A stretch of 64,000 nt of DNA from Macrostomum hystrix (Eukaryota > Animalia > Platyhelminthes), in the NCBI GenBank assembly GCA_950097015.1, contig CATNEN010000029.1, forward strand, positions 2,914,001-2,978,000, read 5' to 3'. The translations under genes were made by a program, and so were the position numbers. This document shows positions 57,482 to 64,000 of the stretch, piece after piece; the first letter of the stretch is position 1, and every line of letters begins with the position of its first letter. The notes below the pieces were generated by a model. That model was given only the letters and a program-made list of their open reading frames with translations. It had not been told where the DNA came from and did not search any database.

Positions 57482-60400
57482 TCAGCAGGGCCTACCAATC
57501 AGGCGGTACAAGTTTAAGCAGGCGCACTGCAGACTGACATGGGTGCTGCGCAACTCCACGCTCGTGGCCAACTCCTGGCAGTCCAAACTTTCACTGGATG
57601 TTAACAAAGATTGACAACCGGTTTGATTGGTGGCGTTGGTGACATCCTGAGGGTCACCAATTGTGGCGTCGGTAGCGACCGTGTCAAATAATTCATCGGA
57701 TTCTTCGCAAATTGAGCCGGTGAAGCAGGATCTGGGCGCTAAAAAATGGTTTTTTTCGATCCGATATGCTGAATAAGCTACTGCCAGTAGAAAGTAGGGA
57801 ATAGAAAGTTACGAAACACAACTCACCCACAGTAGAAAGTAGGGAATAGAAAGTTACGAAACACAACTCACCCACAGTAGAAAGTAGGGAATAGAAAGTT
57901 ACGAAACACAACTCACCCACAGTAGAAAGTAGGGAATAGAAAGTTACGAAACACAACTCACCCACAATAGAAAGTAGGGAATAGAAAGTTACGAAACACA
58001 ACTCACCCACAGTAGAAAGTAGGGAATAGAAAGTTACGAAACACAACTCACCCACAGTAGAAAGTAGGGAATAGAAAGTTACGAAACACAACTCACCCAC
58101 AGTAGAAAGTAGGGAATAGAAAGTTACGAAACACAAGTCACCCACAGTAGAAAGTAGGGAATAGAAAGTTACGAAACACAACTCACCCACAGTAGAAAGT
58201 AGGGAATAGAAAGTTACGAAACACAACTCACCCACAGTAGAAAGTAGGGAATAGAAAGTTACGAAACACAACTCACCCACAGTAGAAAGTAGGGAATAGA
58301 AAGTTACGAAACACAACTCACCCACAGTAGAAAGTAGGGAATAGAAAGTTACGAAACACAACTCACCCACAGTAGAAAGTAGGGAATAGAAAGTTACGAA
58401 ACACAACTCACCCACAGTAGAAAGTAGGGAATAGAAAGTTACGAAACACAACTCACCCACAGTAGAAAGTAGGGAATAGAAAGTTACGAAACACAACTCA
58501 CCCACAGTAGAAAATAGGGAATAGAAAGTTACAAAACACAACTCACCCACAGTAGAAAGTAGGGAATAGAAAGTTAAGAAACACAACTCACCCACAATAG
58601 AAAGTAGGGAATAGAAAGTTACGAAACACAACTCACCCACAGTAGAAAGTAGGGAATAGAAAGTTACGAAACACAACTCACCCACAGTAGAAAGTAGGGA
58701 ATAGAAAGTTACGAAACACAAGTCACCCACAGTAGAAAATAGGGAATAGAAAGTTACGAAACACAACTCACCCACAATAGAAAGTAGGGAATAGAAAGTT
58801 ACGAAACACAAGTCACCCACAATAGAAAGTAGGGAATAGAAAGTTACGAAACACAACTCACCCACAGTAGAAAATAGGGAATAGAAAGTTACGAAACACA
58901 ACTCACCCACAGTAGAAAGTAGGGAATAGAAAGTTAAGAAACACAACTCACCCACAGTAGAAAATAGGGAATAGAAAGTTACGAAACACAACTCACCCAC
59001 AATAGAAAGTAGGGAATAGAAAGTTACGAAACACAACTCACCCACAGTAGAAAGTAGGGAATAGAAAGTTACGAAACACAACTCACCCACAGTAGAAAGT
59101 AGGGAATAGAAAGTTACGAAACACAACTCACCCACAGTAGAAAGTAGGGAATAGAAAGTTACGAAACACAACTCACCCACAGTAGAAAATAGGGAATAGA
59201 AAGTTACGAAACACAACTCACCCACAGTAGAAAGTAGGGAATAGAAAGTTACGAAACACAACTCACCCACAATAGAAAGTAGGGAATAGAAAGTTACGAA
59301 ACACAACTCACCCACAGTAGAAAATAGGGAATAGAAAGTTACGAAACACAACTCACCCACAATAGAAAGTAGGGAATAGAAAGTTACGAAACACAACTCA
59401 CCCACAGTAGAAAGTAGGGAATAGAAAGTTACGAAACACAACTCACCCACAATAGAAAGTAGGGAATAGAAAGTTACGAAACACAACTCACCCACAGTAG
59501 AAAGTAGGGAATAGAAAGTTACGAAACACAACTCACCCACAGTAGAAAGTAGGGAATAGAAAGTTACGAAACACAACTCACCCACAGTAGAAAGTAGGGA
59601 ATAGAAAGTTACGAAACACAACTCACCCACAGTAGAAAGTAGGGAATAGAAAGTTACGAAACACAACTCACCCACAGTAGAAAGTAGGGAATAGAAAGTT
59701 ACGAAACACAACTCACCCGCAGTAGAAAGTAGGGAATAGAAGGTTACGAAACACAAGTCACCCACAGTAGAAAGTAGGGAATAGAAAGTTACGAAACACA
59801 AGTCACCCACAGTAGAAAGTAGGGAATAGAAAGTTACGAAACACAAGTCACCCACAGTAGAAAGTAGGGAATAGAAAGTTACGAAACACAACTCACCCAC
59901 AGTAGAAAGTAGGGAATAGAAAGTTACGAAACACAACTCACCCACAGTAGAAAGTAGGGAATAGAAAGTTACGAAACACAACTCACCCACAATAGAAAGT
60001 AGGGAATAGAAAGTTAAGAAACACAACTCACCCACAGTAGAAAGTAGGGAATAGAAAGTTACGAAACACAACTCACCCACAGTAGAAAGTAGGGAATAGA
60101 AAGTTACGAAACACAACTCACCCACAGTAGAAAGTAGGGAATAGAAAGTTACGAAACACAACTCACCCACAGTAGAAAGTAGGGAATAGAAAATTACGAA
60201 ACACAACTCACCCACAGTAGAAAGTAGGGAATAGAAAGTTACGAAACACAACTCACCCACAGTAGAAAGTAGGGAATAGAAGTTACGAAACACAACTCAC
60301 ACACAGTAGAAAGTAGGGAATAGAAGGTTACGAAACACAACTCACCCACAGTAGAAAGTAGGGAATAGAAAGTTACGAAACACAACTCACCCACAGTAGA

Positions 60401-63258
60401 AAGTAGGGAATAGAAAGTTACGAAACACAACTCACCCACAGTAGAAAGTAGGGAATAGAAAGTTACGAAACACAACTCACCCACAGTAGAAAGTAGGGAA
60501 TAGAAAGTTACGAAACACAACTCACCCACAGTAGAAAGTAGGGAATAGAAAGTTACGAAACACAACTCACCCACAGTAGAAAGTAGGGAATAGAAAGTTA
60601 CGAAACACAACTCACCCACAGTAGAAAGTAGGGAATAGAAAGTTACGAAACACAACTCACCCACAGTAGAAAGTAGGGAATAGAAAGTTACGAAACACAA
60701 CTCACCCACAGTAGAAAGTAGGGAATAGAAAGTTACGAAACACAACTCACCCGCAGTAGAAAGTAGGGAATAGAAGGTTACGAAACACAAGTCACCCACA
60801 GTAGAAAGTAGGGAATAGAAAGTTACGAAACACAAGTCACCCACAGTAGAAAGTAGGGAATAGAAAGTTACGAAACACAAGTCACCCACAGTAGAAAGTA
60901 GGGAATAGAAAGTTACGAAACACAACTCACCCACAGTAGAAAGTAGGGAATAGAAAGTTACGAAACACAACTCACCCACAGTAGAAAGTAGGGAATAGAA
61001 AGTTACGAAACACAACTCACCCACAATAGAAAGTAGGGAATAGAAAGTTAAGAAACACAACTCACCCACAGTAGAAAGTAGGGAATAGAAAGTTACGAAA
61101 CACAACTCACCCACAGTAGAAAGTAGGGAATAGAAAGTTACGAAACACAACTCACCCACAGTAGAAAGTAGGGAATAGAAAGTTACGAAACACAACTCAC
61201 CCACAGTAGAAAGTAGGGAATGGAAAATTACGAAACACAACTCACCCACAGTAGAAAGTAGGGAATAGAAAGTTACGAAACACAACTCACCCACAGTAGA
61301 AAGTAGGGAATAGAAGTTACGAAACACAACTCACACACAGTAGAAAGTAGGGAATAGAAGGTTACGAAACACAACTCACCCACAGTAGAAAGTAGGGAAT
61401 AGAAAGTTACGAAACACAACTCACCCACAGTAGAAAGTAGGGAATAGAAAGTTACGAAACACAACTCACCCACAGTAGAAAGTAGGGAATAGAAAGTTAC
61501 GAAACACAACTCACCCACAGTAGAAAGTAGGGAATAGAAAGTTACGAAACACAACTCACCCACAGTAGAAAGTAGGGAATAGAAAGTTACGAAACACAAC
61601 TCACCCACAGTAGAAAGTAGGGAATAGAAAGTTACGAAACACAACTCACCCACAGTAGAAAGTAGGGAATAGAAAGTTACGAAACACAACTCACCCACAG
61701 TAGAAAGTAGGGAATAGAAAGTTACGAAACACAAGTCACCCAGGTAATAATAATAAAAATGCTTGCAGGAGGGCTGCGGGCAATGGCACATCATTTGGTG
61801 ACACTAGACCCGCAGCCAGCGAGGAGGCAATTCTGCCCACTTTGCTGACTTCTCGGCACACACGCTTTCAGATTCTGTAGGCAGGCACACGCTCACACAG
61901 GTGTGTACATCTACCCTGACTTTCTCATCGTCAGGCAGTGTACACTTTCACTGCACCTTGGAGGTTGGCCCTCAAGGGCGTGAATTGCACGACAAGCCCC
62001 CAAGCCTTCTCTCCGCGGCTGCGCCCCAAATGAATGTGGCCTCGACGCAGAATCGAGCTCAGGGACCTTGGTGCGAGAGGCAAACGCGTTAACCGCTCTG
62101 CCACCGAACCTCCCTACTCACTCAGGTAGTCAGCTGATAAATCTGTGGCGACAACCGGCTCACAGAAGTAGATAAACGGCCGGTAACACTTGAGGAGTTG
62201 GTCGGACTGACCGCTGCAGTGGATCGCATCATCGGCTTGCACTGCGGCCCTTCTAGTCGACTTTTTTCGACGTTTTCGGCGCCCAACGAGATCGCCGCAG
62301 CCACCGACGCTGCTGTGGACGCCTTTGGCAAGACGAATAGCCGGACCGTCTGGGACGAAGCCGGGCGATACAGCCAGATCCCAGTCGATGATGGGACCGC
62401 CGGCTGGCATTTGCAACACCTGTTCAATTAAGAAGAGACAGAAATCAGAACTAGCCAAGAGGGCCATTTGCACAGCCGCAGCTATTGCATCGAAAGGCTG
62501 CGTACAGACAATTTAGTCCTACTGTTTTGAATGACATTTGGGGGGTTTCAAATTCCCGCATTTTTTCTTTTTTTCCTATCTCACAAAATTTTCAACCAAT
62601 CGCTGTAGAAATAGCGAACGGCAGTCTACTGCTAACGGCAGCTCACCAGTTGACAGGCCAGCGGCGAATGCGGCTCAGGATCCGGCGGAATCGGCCGCGG
62701 CCTCGTCCACGGCACCTTCGCAATGCAGTCTGGGTCGATCTTGTCTTCATTATCTGCTATGACAACCACCGAGCTGTGACACGGCTGGCACCGGTGCCTC
62801 ACCCGGAAGACAGACGAGCAGCTGTTGCTGTTATTGTCATGGTAACGTTGATGCAGCCGTCTCGAGCGCACAATTGTAATTGTTGCTTCAATCGCGGAGC
62901 GCATTGGTGGCAGTGGCTCCAGCGGCGTCATCGTCCAGGCGACGGGAGGCAGGCGACAAATCGAAAGACGAACAGAACGACAGGGGACCGATGTCGACGA
63001 CCTTGACGAGGCAGGCGTCGTCGATCTTAACGACAAGAGGCGGTCTCGGCACAATATCCGTCGCATTGCGAAGATCTGCATATGATAGCGTCTCTGTCGT
63101 TTCGCGCGAAAATTGCCAACGCCAAGGAGGTCACCGCGGCGCAGCTGGAGGAGCGGCCGACGTCGCCGACGCCATCGTCGCCAACGATTCTGCAGCCGCT
63201 GGATCGTGAGCTGCGAGCGTAGGCAACTCAATTGCAGACCGAATCGTGTGGCAGTCAT
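57482..63258 (-). CDS. Unrecognised protein of about 388 aa; exons 63258..62647, 62419..62122, 57738..57482; may extend further 5'
   Basis: Three GC-rich open frames are joined by good GT-AG sites in matching phases (0, then 1) and end at TGA 57484-57482. I recognise no domain. Confidence 0.55.
57783..61742. repeat. 4-kb 45-bp satellite (CACAGTAGAAAGTAGGGAATAGAAAGTTACGAAACACAACTCACC)
   Basis: About 88 units; the 15-aa periodic ORFs are artefacts; each unit reads GG|GTGAGT on the minus strand. Confidence 0.97.
61747..62116 (-). mobile_element. tRNA-derived SINE, full length, degenerate 12-bp TSD
   Basis: A and B boxes, (ATT)n tail; flanks GTCACCCAGGTA (61735-61746) and CTCACTCAGGTA (62117-62128). 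Confidence 0.85.
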
Positions 63259-63659
63259 GTCGCCACTGTGGCCCCAGCGGTAGCGGAACAGCGAGGTGGG
63301 TTTTCTAATGAATGCCACATGCCAAGTCCAGCGTTGAGAATTTAACTAGACTTGCACAAACTCGTCATTATCAACTGAGATTTTCTGTTATCTATCTAAC
63401 TATTCGATTGGATTGATTTTATGTTTCTCCCGTCAGACTTTAGCCATAGACATAGGGTGTCGTTTTTGGGGTCTATTTTAATTCTTAGGTCAACGCGAAC
63501 ACTCCATGGCCTACTGACACAGCAATGAAATTAAATTGACTATTTATGTATCAACATAACATTTATCTTGATCTTTATTCATTTTGCTACAGCTTTACAA
63601 CCCTGGGTCGAGTGATTTTTTAGGTAAAAATGCTCCATTAGAATTAGAGGTAACAGCTT

Positions 63660-63940
63660 CAGGGATAGTGGATACAAATTCATGGATCGTGGATACAGAT
63701 TCAGGGATAGGGATACAGATTCAGGGATAGTGGATACAGATTCATGGATAGTGTGCACAGATTCATGGATAGTGTGCACAGATTCATGGAAGTGTGCACA
63801 GATTCATGGATAGTGTGCACAGATTCATGGATAGTGTGCACAGATTCATGGAAGTGTGCACAGATTCATGGATAGTGTGCACAGATTCATGGATAGTGTG
63901 CACAGATTCATGGATAGTGTGCACAGATTCATGGATAGTG
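63660..63940. repeat. 21-bp minisatellite (GATAGTGTGCACAGATTCATG)
   Basis: About 13 units. Confidence 0.9.
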
Positions 63941-64000
63941 GACATAGAAGGATAGTAGGCACAGCATTAGAGGGTGATCAACGTGTAAAAAATGTAATAA

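Noticed and set aside
57693-61794. 866-, 362- and 173-aa hydrophobic repeat ORFs (VTFYSLLSTVGELCF)n
   Set aside because: Translation of a 45-bp intronic satellite; broken by recurrent 1-bp deletions and no ATG start.

Overview
Eukaryotic (animal) genomic DNA. The GC-rich poly-Gln exons, short GT-AG introns and introns filled with minisatellites suggest a free-living flatworm such as Macrostomum; this organism call is inference only. Gene order: 3' end of ATRX (+); three head-to-tail non-autonomous Helitron units carrying PIF1 helicase fragments and nested hAT elements; PGM3/AGM1 (-); a 4-kb 28-bp satellite; RTEL1 (-, 12 exons, one apparent +1 frameshift); a coiled-coil/CAP-Gly gene (+); a 4.8-kb satellite; a truncated and a complete GABA-B-like class C GPCR (+); and an unrecognised 3-exon gene (-). 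Five copies of one tRNA-derived SINE and about 18 distinct minisatellites are present. Most notable: (1) PGM3 has no start codon of its own. It begins in frame at a 3' splice acceptor directly downstream of RTEL1, consistent with an RTEL1-PGM3 operon whose AUG comes from a flatworm-type spliced leader. (2) Several tandem arrays are built from copies of the 5' splice site. (3) Two SINE insertions have target-site duplications that copy an exon/intron donor junction. All exon models were built by eye and need transcript confirmation.
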